Shown: positions 8,058 through 17,674 of the stretch, one piece after another
Layout of the letters: each line of letters starts with the position of its first letter
How positions within the stretch are numbered: position 1 is the stretch's first letter
Virus record (IMG/VR): IMGVR_UViG_3300017989_000002
DNA from: a virus
Length of the DNA: 64,000 bases
Direction: 5' to 3' (one strand)
Notes under the pieces: model-generated
Database searches by the model: none
What the model saw: the letters and a program-made list of their open reading frames with translations, nothing else
What the model was told of the DNA's origin: nothing
Made by a program: the position numbers and the translations under genes

Positions 8058-8585
8058 CTAGAGCCCCCGGAAGTTCGCGAACATCGGGCGACGTGCCAGG
8101 TAGCCCTCTTCGTGCCGGTGCCGTGCGGGCTCCGTCTCGAAGAGGGAGCGGAGGTAGGCGTCCTGGCCGTCTGCATCTCCGTCGCCGTCTGCGTCGATGC
8201 CACCTCCCAGGCCCGCCAGCCAGATGAGGCCGTAGAAGGGCCACACGCACAGCGCGGCGAGCGGAGGAGTGGTGGTCAAGACCCACGCCTTGGACCACGG
8301 CAGCGCACCGCCCAGGAGGGCCACGAGCGTCGACAGGAAGGCGACGCCAGCGAAGAGGATGATGAGCTCGAGGAACTGCGCGTGGTGGATCATCTCCTCG
8401 CGCAGCGTGGAGGTCGGCAACTTCCGGGCCCCTCGCTTCAGGATGAGCCCGGGGACCGGCGCTTGGGCCCCGATGGTGAAGCCCTTCATCCTGAAGATGT
8501 TGTGCAGGAACCACTCCAGGAACTTGAACCAGCCCTCCGCGTTGAGCACCGTGACCTTCCGTCCATCCACCACGACCTTCGCCAT
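8058..8585 (-). CDS. Membrane protein with degenerate zincin-like motif and EF-hand-like loop
   Basis: LREEMIHHAQ, two hydrophobic helices, DADGDGDADGQD, AYxxSLFExE; GGAGG RBS. Confidence 0.65.
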   Translation of the reverse strand: MAKVVVDGRKVTVLNAEGWFKFLEWFLHNIFRMKGFTIGAQAPVPGLILKRGARKLPTSTLREEMIHHAQFLELIILFAGVAFLSTLVALLGGALPWSKAWVLTTTPPLAALCVWPFYGLIWLAGLGGGIDADGDGDADGQDAYLRSLFETEPARHRHEEGYLARRPMFANFRGL

Positions 8586-8635
8586 TGCTGCCTCCAGGGT
8601 ATGGTGCGGCCTAACCTACTTCCCGGGACTTCCCC

Positions 8636-9166
8636 ATGAGCTTCTCCCGTCACCCCCTGGTGGCTCGCGACCTCGAGCCCGCCGTCACCCTCCGCATCGG
8701 CCCGGGCGTCGAGGACGTCATCCTCCTGAGCGTGGCGCGCATCGAGGAGAGGAAGGGCGAGATCGTGGCGGCGCTCCGATCTGTTCCGGGCCTCTCCGAG
8801 GGAGCGAGCTGGCTGGCTGTGCGACCCTACGTGGCGTTCGACAACACCGACGCCAAGGTGGCCATCTCCCTGGGCCACCACCTCGGCCTGTGGAAGATGC
8901 ACCCGCCGCCGGGCGCACCGGAGATGTGGCTGGACGACAGCTGTCCGATGGTCCTGGCAGGCACGGTCAAGGCCCCCGAGGGCTACGTCCTGAACTCGGG
9001 CACGCCCAAGCCCAGCCGGGGCGACCTCGAGGTGCACCTCAAGGCGTGCGAGAGCTGCCGACGGCCGATGGGTCCGTGGAACAGCCAGGTGCATGCTCTG
9101 CTCGCAGCCGAGCCGGACAGCAGCCAGTGCATTGAGTGCGTGTTGGGGTTCGGTCCCGGGGCATGA
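8636..9166 (+). CDS. Hypothetical protein with C-terminal CxxC...CxxC
   Basis: CESC and CIEC; high GC3. Confidence 0.65.
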   Translation: MSFSRHPLVARDLEPAVTLRIGPGVEDVILLSVARIEERKGEIVAALRSVPGLSEGASWLAVRPYVAFDNTDAKVAISLGHHLGLWKMHPPPGAPEMWLDDSCPMVLAGTVKAPEGYVLNSGTPKPSRGDLEVHLKACESCRRPMGPWNSQVHALLAAEPDSSQCIECVLGFGPGA

Positions 9167-9185
9167 AGCCTCGGGGCCGGGCGGC

Positions 9186-10226
9186 CTACGCCGCCTTCTT
9201 CGCTCCGAGGCCCTCGAGGGCCTTCTTGGCTGCCTCGGCCTTGGACATCTTCTTCTCGATCTGCCGCTGCTTGCGACGCAGCATGGCGACGCCAATGGCG
9301 GGGGCAGCGGCGCCGGCGGCCAGGTAGGTGCCGTAGGCGGGAAGCAGGCGTGCCAGGCCGCCCAGGGCCTTCCTCGTCCCGAACAGCTTCCTCATCTCCT
9401 GGGTGGCGTTCTTGGTCGCGCGCGCCTCCTCCCAGAGCATGGGCAGCGCGAGTCCGCCCGTGGCTGCAGCAGCGGCCTGACCCCGCTTCGTGTCCCGGAC
9501 GGCGTCCTTGTCCGACTGGAGGGACGTGTCGTACCCGTGGTAGATGGCGGCCGAGGCCAACGCCGGCGCCAGGAGCATCGCTGCCGTGCGGGAGGGACCG
9601 TAGCCCCGGGACATGAGCCGCGAGAGCCCCTTGGGCGGAGTCGCGTGGCCGATCTCGTGCGCCAGCACCGCCCGGTGAGACGACGGTCGCACCGAGACCG
9701 TGTTGGTGCTCGGGTTGAAGTGGTCACCCACGCTGGGGTCGAGCACGAACTGCGTGCCGTGCTCCCGCCTCATGCGGTCGACCAGCGGACCCATGCCCTC
9801 CGTCGGGCCCTCGGCCGAGGGGGCGGAGATGGTCTGGTTCGTGAGCGCGCCGGCGCCCAGGCCGACGGCAAGGGCGCCAAGGGAGGCACCGAGCGCAGCC
9901 TTGTCCCCGTCGTTCCTGACGTGACCAGGCAGGGAGGGCGCCTCGGGGCCTACCTCCAGGCCGCGGCCTCGGGCCTCGTCTGCGAAGGCCGTGGCCCGCA
10001 GCTTGGCCCCACCCTGCACCTTGCGTAGCCGGGCGAGCAGCGCGTCGTCGGAGTACCTCTGCGCGGCCTTGCGGTGCGCCAGGTAGCGCTCCGAGCGCGC
10101 GACGAGACTCCCCATGTCCCCGTCGGACACGTAGGCGGCAGCAGCGCGGCCCCGGCGGGCCTCTACGCTGCTGCCCTTGCGTCCCTTGGCGGCGTCGGGG
10201 TGCTCGACGAACCAGGTCTTGCCCAC
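9186..10226 (-). CDS. Putative zinc metallopeptidase (HExxH), basic, with Gly-zipper segments
   Basis: VLAHEIGHAT plus downstream LWEEARA third-ligand motif; AGGAGG RBS. Confidence 0.7.
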   Translation of the reverse strand: MGKTWFVEHPDAAKGRKGSSVEARRGRAAAAYVSDGDMGSLVARSERYLAHRKAAQRYSDDALLARLRKVQGGAKLRATAFADEARGRGLEVGPEAPSLPGHVRNDGDKAALGASLGALAVGLGAGALTNQTISAPSAEGPTEGMGPLVDRMRREHGTQFVLDPSVGDHFNPSTNTVSVRPSSHRAVLAHEIGHATPPKGLSRLMSRGYGPSRTAAMLLAPALASAAIYHGYDTSLQSDKDAVRDTKRGQAAAAATGGLALPMLWEEARATKNATQEMRKLFGTRKALGGLARLLPAYGTYLAAGAAAPAIGVAMLRRKQRQIEKKMSKAEAAKKALEGLGAKKAA

Positions 10227-10240
10227 GGGCGCCTCCTAGA

Positions 10241-10990
10241 TCAGGCGGCGGACCCGATGGCGTCGCCGACCACGTTGCGGACGGCGTCGCTGTCCTTGTC
10301 GCGGATGAGGCCGACGGGCTTCACGTTGACCGGGACCATGCGCTCGTAGAGGATGCCCGTGTTCTCGGTGATGATCGTGTTGTTGGCGTCCGCGCCCCAG
10401 CCGTACTGGGTGACGTTGCAGTACTCGAGGTAGAAGGCGCCGACGACCTGGTCGTTGCTGTCCTTCATGTAGAGCAGCAGGCCGATGGGCTGGTCGAACA
10501 CGTCGGAGCCGAGCTCCATCCACAGGTTCTCGTAGCCGGGCTTGATCTGGTAGCGCTGCTTGCCGCCGGGCACCGCGTTGGTGTTCAGCTTGGCGCTGGC
10601 GTTGTTGTCGTACAGCGCCTCGAAGCTGAAGTCCTCGTCGTTGCTCGACAGGTACGCGTAGAGCACCCGCAGCAGGTTCGGGCCGTGGTACTGGACGCGA
10701 GACAGGCTCACGTTGCCCACGACGCGCCCGCGGATGTAGTAGCTGCGCATCGAGCCGATCTCGAAGAGGCGCATGATGTTGGCCTGGATGCCGATCTGGA
10801 TGCTCTGCAGCACCCCGATGGGGTAGGCCACGTCCTTCTGCGCGGAGAGCTGGGTGTTCTCGGGGAGCACCGCAGCCAGACGCGGGGGCCCCGCTGCGAG
10901 CAGCAGGAACGCCGCGTTCATGAACCGGCCCTCCATGAGGCCGGACTGGACGTTCTTGTTGAACATGTTCCAGTTCTTCAGATCAGCCAT
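10241..10990 (-). CDS. Putative tail tube protein
   Basis: Beta-rich 249 aa (IGVLQSIQI...RLFEIGSMRSYY...VSLSRV...FYLEYC), downstream of sheath. Confidence 0.65.
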   Translation of the reverse strand: MADLKNWNMFNKNVQSGLMEGRFMNAAFLLLAAGPPRLAAVLPENTQLSAQKDVAYPIGVLQSIQIGIQANIMRLFEIGSMRSYYIRGRVVGNVSLSRVQYHGPNLLRVLYAYLSSNDEDFSFEALYDNNASAKLNTNAVPGGKQRYQIKPGYENLWMELGSDVFDQPIGLLLYMKDSNDQVVGAFYLEYCNVTQYGWGADANNTIITENTGILYERMVPVNVKPVGLIRDKDSDAVRNVVGDAIGSAA

Positions 10991-11029
10991 GTCGATGCTC
11001 CTGGTGGGGTCCCTGTAGCCTGTGGAGAG

Positions 11030-11695
11030 CTACCGAGGAAGTCGCCCGGCGATTCCGGGTGGTGTTGCGGGCTGGGGGACCCCTGCCGCCGACGGCGACG
11101 TGGGCTTGGGGGGTGTGGGCTTCTTGTCGTCGCCGGCGGCAGGGGTCGGTGCGCCGGGAGTGCCTGGCTGCGCTTCTGCGCCGGCAGCAGCGGCCTGCTG
11201 CTGCTGTTGGGCCACGGCCTGCTCCATCGCACCCTGCTGTGCCTTCTCCTGGCCGACGGCCTCGGAGCGCTGCAGCATGGCTTCCTCGGGCTTCACCCAG
11301 CCAGGGTCGTCCTGCTTGGGAGTCATCGCGCCCAGGATGGGGTCGTAGACGTAGCCCGGCGGAGGAGCCAGCACGGGAATGCCGCGAGCTCCTCCCTTGC
11401 TCTTCGCCTCTGCCCTGACGCCCAGGAGGTCGTGGATGGGGCTGATCCGGTCCACCTCCCCCTCTTCCTGCGCTTCCATCTTGCCGGTCTCGTCGCTGTC
11501 GCCCCCAGAGTCGGCGGCGGCAGCCACCTTCTCGAGGTGAGGGAACGCCGCGGCCATGAGAGGAGTGCAGGTGCCTTCCTGGGCCACCTTCTCGATCTCG
11601 GAGATGAAGTGCTGCCGTGCGGAACGGCCGAAGACGGCCGCCTCGTACGCAAGGCGCGCATCCTCCTCCTCGAGCTCGGCGAGCGAGCGGCTCAT
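11030..11695 (-). CDS. KxA-motif virion/head protein
   Basis: FISEIEKVA and HLEKVAA; Q/P/A-rich tail. Confidence 0.65.
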   Translation of the reverse strand: MSRSLAELEEEDARLAYEAAVFGRSARQHFISEIEKVAQEGTCTPLMAAAFPHLEKVAAAADSGGDSDETGKMEAQEEGEVDRISPIHDLLGVRAEAKSKGGARGIPVLAPPPGYVYDPILGAMTPKQDDPGWVKPEEAMLQRSEAVGQEKAQQGAMEQAVAQQQQQAAAAGAEAQPGTPGAPTPAAGDDKKPTPPKPTSPSAAGVPQPATPPGIAGRLPR

Positions 11696-12393
11696 CGACG
11701 TGCCTCCCGGGCCTGGTCTCGGCTACGTCGCCACGCATCGAACCCGCCGTAGATGGCGAGAGGGGCGGTGCCCGCAACCATGGGTCCAAGTCTACGGCCC
11801 CAGACCTTCGCACGCAACCGTGCGCCGCCCTGCGGCTTGTACCGGGTGCGGAGCTGTCGCAGCACCTCGTCCAGGCTACCGGGGGCGACCTCGGGCCGGA
11901 CGGGTGCCTTGGGGCCGTCCGCGAAGCGGTTGACCTGGTCCCGGTAGATCTTCCTGACCTCGGGCTTCGACTTCCCGGGGAACATCTTCTCGACGGCGAA
12001 CAGGTTGGTCTCGTTGCTGCCCGCACGCACGCCAGCGACCTCGTCCAGGAGGTTCTGCGCGTTCTGGGAGATGACTCCCGCGTCGCGCCTCCGCAGGAAG
12101 TCGGTGATCTTGGCCGCCTCGTGCCGGGCGACGGGGGCGCTCTTCCCCTGGTAGTCCTGGATGTACTGCGTGACGAGGCTGTCCTCGAGGGCGCGCTGGT
12201 AGGCCGCCTTGCGAGCTCCCCGCCCGAACATGGCCTCGCCGATGGCGGCCACGCCGAGGGCTCCGGAGCTCGCGGCAGCCACCCCCTCCATGAACGCCTT
12301 GAAGCCGGAGGGCCCCTGCGCCGGACGCACGTCACCCGCCGCAGGCTGGACCGAGCCTGCGATGGACGACGGCGTCCGGGGAGTGGGGCTCAT
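11692..12393 (-). CDS. Basic hypothetical virion protein (MSPTPRTP...)
   Basis: TGATG coupling with sheath; Gly/Ala hydrophobic segments. Confidence 0.6.
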   Translation of the reverse strand: MSPTPRTPSSIAGSVQPAAGDVRPAQGPSGFKAFMEGVAAASSGALGVAAIGEAMFGRGARKAAYQRALEDSLVTQYIQDYQGKSAPVARHEAAKITDFLRRRDAGVISQNAQNLLDEVAGVRAGSNETNLFAVEKMFPGKSKPEVRKIYRDQVNRFADGPKAPVRPEVAPGSLDEVLRQLRTRYKPQGGARLRAKVWGRRLGPMVAGTAPLAIYGGFDAWRRSRDQAREARR

Positions 12394-15300
12394 CACGCCC
12401 CGCCGACGAGGAGCTTCACCCGGTTGTAGTTGTTCGGGATGAGGGACCGGATGCCGACCTCGATGACGATGCGGTCGGACTGCGAGGGATCCTCCGCCAC
12501 CGACAGGAGCGCGGCGTTGCGGCACACGCCCTGCTCGATGAAGGCGGTGTTGAGGCCGTCGCTCTTCGTGCCGATGTCGGTGAGCAGCGCGTCGGTGATG
12601 TTGACGATGCCGATCTGCGGGTCCAGCGTCGTCCGGTAGATCACCGACATGTAGTCGAGGGCCGTGGTGACCGAGATCTCCCGCTTCTCGATGGAGCTGG
12701 TGTCCGTCGAGAGCTGGTGCCGGACCTTGAGCGGCTGGCCGTCGGCGTCCTGCACCAGGATGAGCGACCCACCGCCGGCGATGCGGTCCTGCTGCTTCTT
12801 GGTGAAGTAGCCGGTGGAGTGCTTGACCCCGGTGAAGGCCTGGACGTTGGCGTTGGTGAGCGGGTCGGCAGGCTTCTTGCCGGAGATGAGGCCAGCGACG
12901 CCGGCGGCGGCGTAGAAGCCCTCGAGCACCGACTCGACGCTGTCGACAGGGCCCGTGACCGTGTCCGGCCAGACGTGGATCATGCGCCGGTTGGCGTAGC
13001 CCTCGCCGATCTTGGCGATGGCCTCGGCCTGGTCGGCGGGGATGCTGATGGCCGAGCCCGGACGGTAGAGCGTCCAGGTGACGTCCACCAGGTCGTTCCA
13101 GTCGGACGGGAAGTCCGTGCCGTCGAACTCGAGCACGAACCGGTCGGTGGTCTTGATGGCGGTGATGGTCGCGCCGTACAGCGGCCCGATGGTGCCGTTG
13201 ACGGCCTCCAGGTGCTCCGCTGCCCCGGCCTTGGCCGCGACGACGATGACGTCTCCGGGCTCGGCCGCAGCGAGGGCGAAGTCCACCGAGGTCGTGAACT
13301 CGGCCGTGGCCTCACCCTCGACGGTGGCGGTGTTGCCCGTGATGCCGGAGGCGATGACCTCGGCCTGGGAGTGCGTGGGCATCTGGCTGTTCACGATGCC
13401 CAGCCGCTCGGCCGCGTTCTCGGGCTCGGACATGGCGTCGACGTGCGCGGTCAGGAGCTGCCCGACCACCGGGTCCTGCGTCAGCGGGACGATGACGTAG
13501 ACGCTCTTCGACTCGAGGAACGCGAACGCCTCGCCGTACGCCGTGCTGGTGCCGTTGGGGTTGGCAGCGTCCGCGTCCGACACGCCAAGGGCGCGCACCG
13601 GGCTCCGGGGAGCCGAGGCCAGGTTGAACCAGGCCGCGATCGCCAGGGGGTTGCCCGGCAGGTCACCGAGGAGGGGGACCACCTGGGTCGCGTCGTTGAT
13701 CTCGTAGAACAGAGGGTCCTCGGCCGCCGCGGTGACGTCGGTGCGCAGCGCCTTGTACGAGACGTGGATGCGCGCCGTCGGCGTCGTGGAGCCGATGAGG
13801 TTCTCGTCGAGCAGGAGGTCGCCGACGTCGGTGCCGCCGTCGAACACCAGCGTGACGCCGGACCGACCAGCGCCCTCGTTGAACACGATGGAGGAGGCGC
13901 CCGACTCCGAGAACTCGAAGATGGCGGCGACGGCCGCGCTGTAGCTGGGGTCGTCGGGGTCGGTCAGTGCCCCGTCGATGTAGAGGCCGTCGTTGTCGCC
14001 GGGATCGACGACGCCGCCCGTGCTCAGGCCGTCCGCACCACGCGCGAGCTGGATGGTGAGGATGCGCGTGTCCGAGTCCCACAGCAGGGCGATGGGCTGG
14101 TCGGGGGCGACGATCTCGCCGGAGGTCCCCACCCCGTAGGCGGTGTAGGCTGCGTCACCGGTCGCGAGGTAGGCCTCGAGGTAGGCCTCGCTGGCCAGGG
14201 AGTCGAAGAGAGCACCCTCCCAGGTGTTCCCATCGTCGGCCGACTCGGCGATGATCGCGCGACCCGTGACGATGTCGGACGTGAGGCCGCCGCCGGCGAA
14301 GCAGACGTGGTTCGCGGTCCCGGTGTTGCCCTTGGCCGTCTCCTCGAGGACCAGGGTGCCGACCGTGTAGGTCTCGCCCGACAGGCCGGCGCCCGCCCCA
14401 GCGCCGAGGGTGAGCTCGGTGTCGCTGTCGACGGAGACCACCGTGACGATGTTCCCGTTGATCTCGAGGTAGGTGTCGGCGTCGGGAGTGCCGGCCGTGT
14501 TCGGGATCGTGGTGTTGAAGGCCGCGCCCGCCGAGCTGAAGTCGGTCTCGTCGCCGCCGGCGGTGACGCCGTCGTCCGACGTCGTCGCCTGCGACAGGAC
14601 CTTGTAGTCGGCGTTCACGGTGCCTGCGCCATCGGCATCGATGATGAGGATCTCGGAGCTCACGACGTAGAGCACGTCACGGAAGGCGTTCGCGCCGCCG
14701 GCGGCGCCGGTGAACAGGAGGAAGCCTGCGGGCGCAGCACCCGCCGGGCCGACCGAGACGAGGAAGTCCTCGCCCTGGTCCACGGCCCAGAAGATGTGCT
14801 CCCCGGTGAAGACGGTGTCGTCGGCCAGGAAGGCGGGCTGCTGCGAGAGGACGGCCTGGACGCCGTCGCCGGCGCTTCCCTGGAACTCCTCGCCGGCATC
14901 CGCCTTGAGGCCGAGCTGGAAGTAGGCAGACGCCGGACCGAACTGCGCCGAGGCGTTCGCCGCCACCGCGCTGTACTGGAACTGCGCGGGGTTGCGGATG
15001 ATGGTGTACGTGGCGAGCGTGAGGTCGATGGAGCCGCCCATCTCGAGCTCGTCGCCGATGGCATCCGTGACGCTGTCGTCGTCGAGGCCTAGCTCGGTCG
15101 CCGCGACGGCATCCACGATGATGTCGACGGTCCGCCCCTTGTAGGAGAAGCGGATGGCGTCGCCGGCGACCACGCCCTCGGTGACGAAGTCCACACCAGG
15201 GTCGGTGAACACCGTGTCGGCCGCCGAAGTGCCGTCGAGCTCGCCGCCAGCACCCGAGAAGACCGTGGCCTCGTCGAAGGAGCTGTTGAGCTCGGTGGAC

Positions 15301-15584
15301 TCGGAGCCGAGCACCAGGAAGACGCGGATGTCGGCGAGGAAGTCCGCGACCAGCGCGCCGTCGATGAGGGACGGGAAGTCGTAGCTGATGACGCCCAGGC
15401 CATCCCGGTAGGGGCCGGCGTAGGCAGCGTCCAGCGGGAGCTGGTTGTCGTCGAAGGCCGAGACGATCTGGTAGCACGGACCGACGACGCAGGACTGCTG
15501 GGACGGGGTCGGGTAGCTCGGCGTCTCGGCGACGAACTCCTGCTCGACGGTGGTCGAGGGGCGCGGGATGCTCAGGCCAGCCAT
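12393..15584 (-). CDS. Tail sheath protein (large, with acidic insertion domains)
   Basis: Sheath-like C-terminus (AHVDAMS...ER, YAAAGVAG...PLTN, VRHQLSTD...REISV, IPNNY); AGGAG RBS. Confidence 0.8.
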   Translation of the reverse strand: MAGLSIPRPSTTVEQEFVAETPSYPTPSQQSCVVGPCYQIVSAFDDNQLPLDAAYAGPYRDGLGVISYDFPSLIDGALVADFLADIRVFLVLGSESTELNSSFDEATVFSGAGGELDGTSAADTVFTDPGVDFVTEGVVAGDAIRFSYKGRTVDIIVDAVAATELGLDDDSVTDAIGDELEMGGSIDLTLATYTIIRNPAQFQYSAVAANASAQFGPASAYFQLGLKADAGEEFQGSAGDGVQAVLSQQPAFLADDTVFTGEHIFWAVDQGEDFLVSVGPAGAAPAGFLLFTGAAGGANAFRDVLYVVSSEILIIDADGAGTVNADYKVLSQATTSDDGVTAGGDETDFSSAGAAFNTTIPNTAGTPDADTYLEINGNIVTVVSVDSDTELTLGAGAGAGLSGETYTVGTLVLEETAKGNTGTANHVCFAGGGLTSDIVTGRAIIAESADDGNTWEGALFDSLASEAYLEAYLATGDAAYTAYGVGTSGEIVAPDQPIALLWDSDTRILTIQLARGADGLSTGGVVDPGDNDGLYIDGALTDPDDPSYSAAVAAIFEFSESGASSIVFNEGAGRSGVTLVFDGGTDVGDLLLDENLIGSTTPTARIHVSYKALRTDVTAAAEDPLFYEINDATQVVPLLGDLPGNPLAIAAWFNLASAPRSPVRALGVSDADAANPNGTSTAYGEAFAFLESKSVYVIVPLTQDPVVGQLLTAHVDAMSEPENAAERLGIVNSQMPTHSQAEVIASGITGNTATVEGEATAEFTTSVDFALAAAEPGDVIVVAAKAGAAEHLEAVNGTIGPLYGATITAIKTTDRFVLEFDGTDFPSDWNDLVDVTWTLYRPGSAISIPADQAEAIAKIGEGYANRRMIHVWPDTVTGPVDSVESVLEGFYAAAGVAGLISGKKPADPLTNANVQAFTGVKHSTGYFTKKQQDRIAGGGSLILVQDADGQPLKVRHQLSTDTSSIEKREISVTTALDYMSVIYRTTLDPQIGIVNITDALLTDIGTKSDGLNTAFIEQGVCRNAALLSVAEDPSQSDRIVIEVGIRSLIPNNYNRVKLLVGGA

Positions 15585-15631
15585 GTTGGTCTCCTGGGAT
15601 CAGTCGGTGATTCCATCGACGGGTCGAAAGT

Positions 15632-16411
15632 TCAAGGGGAAGGCGTTGGAACAGTCCACTCGACGACGATGACGAGGTCAGACTCCTCGACCGGCCTGCT
15701 CTGTTCGTCTACCGAGTCAGGATCGACCAGTCCACCGCCGAACTTGGTCGCGACGGCCAGGAGCTTCATGCTGATCTCCTGCAGGAGACGCTCCTCTTCC
15801 GTGACGGTCCAGTTGTCCTGGTAGTAGACGGGGAAGACGACGGGCACCTGGCGGTACTTGCTGGACGAGTCCTGGCCGAACAGCTCGCCGGCGTTGCTCT
15901 CCTCGCCCACGCTGATGTGGGTGCCGATGAGGTGGTAGCCAGCCTTCTGCAGCTCGCGCCGGAAGACGCGCAGCGCGCGGGTGACGTACATGGCCAAGAT
16001 CTCGGCCACGCGTCCCTCGGACGCTACGCAGTGGACGACGTAGGAGCCGGCCACCAGGTCGGTGTGCTTGCGGACGCCGGCGGCGGCGTTGGTCGTCTGC
16101 ATGTGGTCGAAGGCGATGTTGCCGTACTGGAACTCACGCCTTCCAACGATGACGGCGGGGCGTGTGCCCAGTGAACTCGTATCGAGACTGTTCTTGTCCG
16201 AAATCACGAGCTCGGTCGCCGAGGGATCGGCCTCCCAGTGAAACGAGGGGCCCCTCCTCCCCGACGTCCCGCTTTCGCGCGGGGTCTCGAAGAACACTTG
16301 GCGGAGGAACCGCAGCAGGACGTGCTTGCCGTCGCTGATGAAGTCCCCGGTCCTTGGGTTGTGGCTCTCCCACAGGGCCTCGTTGGCGGCCTGATCCTCT
16401 GCGCGGGTCAT
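15632..16411 (-). CDS. Putative tail terminator/tail completion protein
   Basis: Immediately upstream of sheath; RPAVIVGR motif; size. Confidence 0.5.
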   Translation of the reverse strand: MTRAEDQAANEALWESHNPRTGDFISDGKHVLLRFLRQVFFETPRESGTSGRRGPSFHWEADPSATELVISDKNSLDTSSLGTRPAVIVGRREFQYGNIAFDHMQTTNAAAGVRKHTDLVAGSYVVHCVASEGRVAEILAMYVTRALRVFRRELQKAGYHLIGTHISVGEESNAGELFGQDSSSKYRQVPVVFPVYYQDNWTVTEEERLLQEISMKLLAVATKFGGGLVDPDSVDEQSRPVEESDLVIVVEWTVPTPSP

Positions 16412-16694
16412 GGACGTACGCTCCTGCCTGGTAGATCACCCCGGCGTCTGCGAGGGCCTGGCCGAGCGACAAGGCCCGGTTCTGCCCCTGGGTGAGCGCC
16501 TTGCGCGGAGCGACCTTGGCCAGCTCGCGGAGCTTCCGCATGACCGGAGGACCTCCACGGCTGACCGCCCCGTAGGCGGCAAGGCCCAGCATGGCCTTGA
16601 AGAACTTCTTCCGCTCGAGCTCGGAGCCCCAGTCCTTCTCGGGCTGCGGGCTGGCGAGCTTCTCGAGCTCGCCGATGTAGGCGTCGGTGAACAT
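16134..16694 (-). CDS. KxA-leader basic protein (MFTDAYIGELEKLAS...)
   Basis: N-terminal YxxELEKLA; frame runs 278 nt into next gene, so true 3' end uncertain. Confidence 0.55.
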   Translation of the reverse strand: MFTDAYIGELEKLASPQPEKDWGSELERKKFFKAMLGLAAYGAVSRGGPPVMRKLRELAKVAPRKALTQGQNRALSLGQALADAGVIYQAGAYVHDPRRGSGRQRGPVGEPQPKDRGLHQRRQARPAAVPPPSVLRDPARKRDVGEEGPLVSLGGRSLGDRARDFGQEQSRYEFTGHTPRRHRWKA

Positions 16695-16702
16695 GCAGCA
16701 TC

Positions 16703-17671
16703 CTACCCCGATTCGATCAGGGGAGTGGTGGGGAAGCCGGCGTCGCCGACCTTGCGGTCGCCCAGGCCCTTGTCCTGGACTGCGGCGCGGTACGACTCGA
16801 TGTCCGTAGCACGGATGTGCTGACGGACAGGCACGGCGTCGTAGGCGTCCGCGTCCCAGGTGATGGGGATCTGGTGCTCGATGTCCGAGGGCACGATGCG
16901 GCGGAGGTGGGCCAGGTACCAGATGGCGGCCCCGCCCCGGTGGTGCTTCTTCGTCATGAGCACGCGCCACCGCTCGCCCGTGGCGTAGACGACGATGTCG
17001 CGAGGGGCCACCCGGGTCCTGCTCGACACGCGGACCACGACGTCCTGCTGCTCGAGCTCGAACATGCGGGTGAGGACTGGCTGGTCGTCCTGCGAGGTCA
17101 TCTCGGTCGGCCAGAACTCCTGGGCCTTGTAGTAGCCGCCCGCCCGGTAGGCGCCCCAGCACGTCTGGCACCTGTCGTTGATGGACCTGCCTGTCTCGTA
17201 CTCCCAGCACTCGGGGCAGTACTGGCCCGTGGTCCGGCGACGCAGCAGCAGGGACCTGGTGCCGGTGAACTCCTGCGCCGTGAGCTCGAAGCGACGGATG
17301 GCCTCGGCCGCGTAGATGTCGGGCCGCGCCTCGAGGGCGATGCCGCCCGGGTCCGCACCCTCGTCGATGACCTTCTTCGTGTCCTCGGAGCCGAAGAAGA
17401 GGACGGCGTCGTCCGAGGTCCTACGCACTCGCAGTCGGTAGACGTGCTGCCGGCGGGACACCAGGCGGTTGACGCTGCTGTCCCGGAAGGTGTTGTAGGC
17501 GGAGGCGTCGATCTCACCGCTGACCTGCGTGAACTCCCCGCCCACCGTCTCCGAGCGCCACACGCTCACCGTGTAGTCCTCGAGGGGACGGACCGTGTCC
17601 GCGACCGCCCACTCGACGGTGACTGCGTCGAGCTCGACGGTGTAGACCTGGATGTTCTTGAGCCAGATCAT
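16703..17671 (-). CDS. Putative neck/head-closure protein with Zn ribbon
   Basis: FN3-like N-terminus; CPEC...CQTC-x-G...GGY; between head and tail genes. Confidence 0.6.
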   Translation of the reverse strand: MIWLKNIQVYTVELDAVTVEWAVADTVRPLEDYTVSVWRSETVGGEFTQVSGEIDASAYNTFRDSSVNRLVSRRQHVYRLRVRRTSDDAVLFFGSEDTKKVIDEGADPGGIALEARPDIYAAEAIRRFELTAQEFTGTRSLLLRRRTTGQYCPECWEYETGRSINDRCQTCWGAYRAGGYYKAQEFWPTEMTSQDDQPVLTRMFELEQQDVVVRVSSRTRVAPRDIVVYATGERWRVLMTKKHHRGGAAIWYLAHLRRIVPSDIEHQIPITWDADAYDAVPVRQHIRATDIESYRAAVQDKGLGDRKVGDAGFPTTPLIESG

Positions 17672-17674
17672 GGA

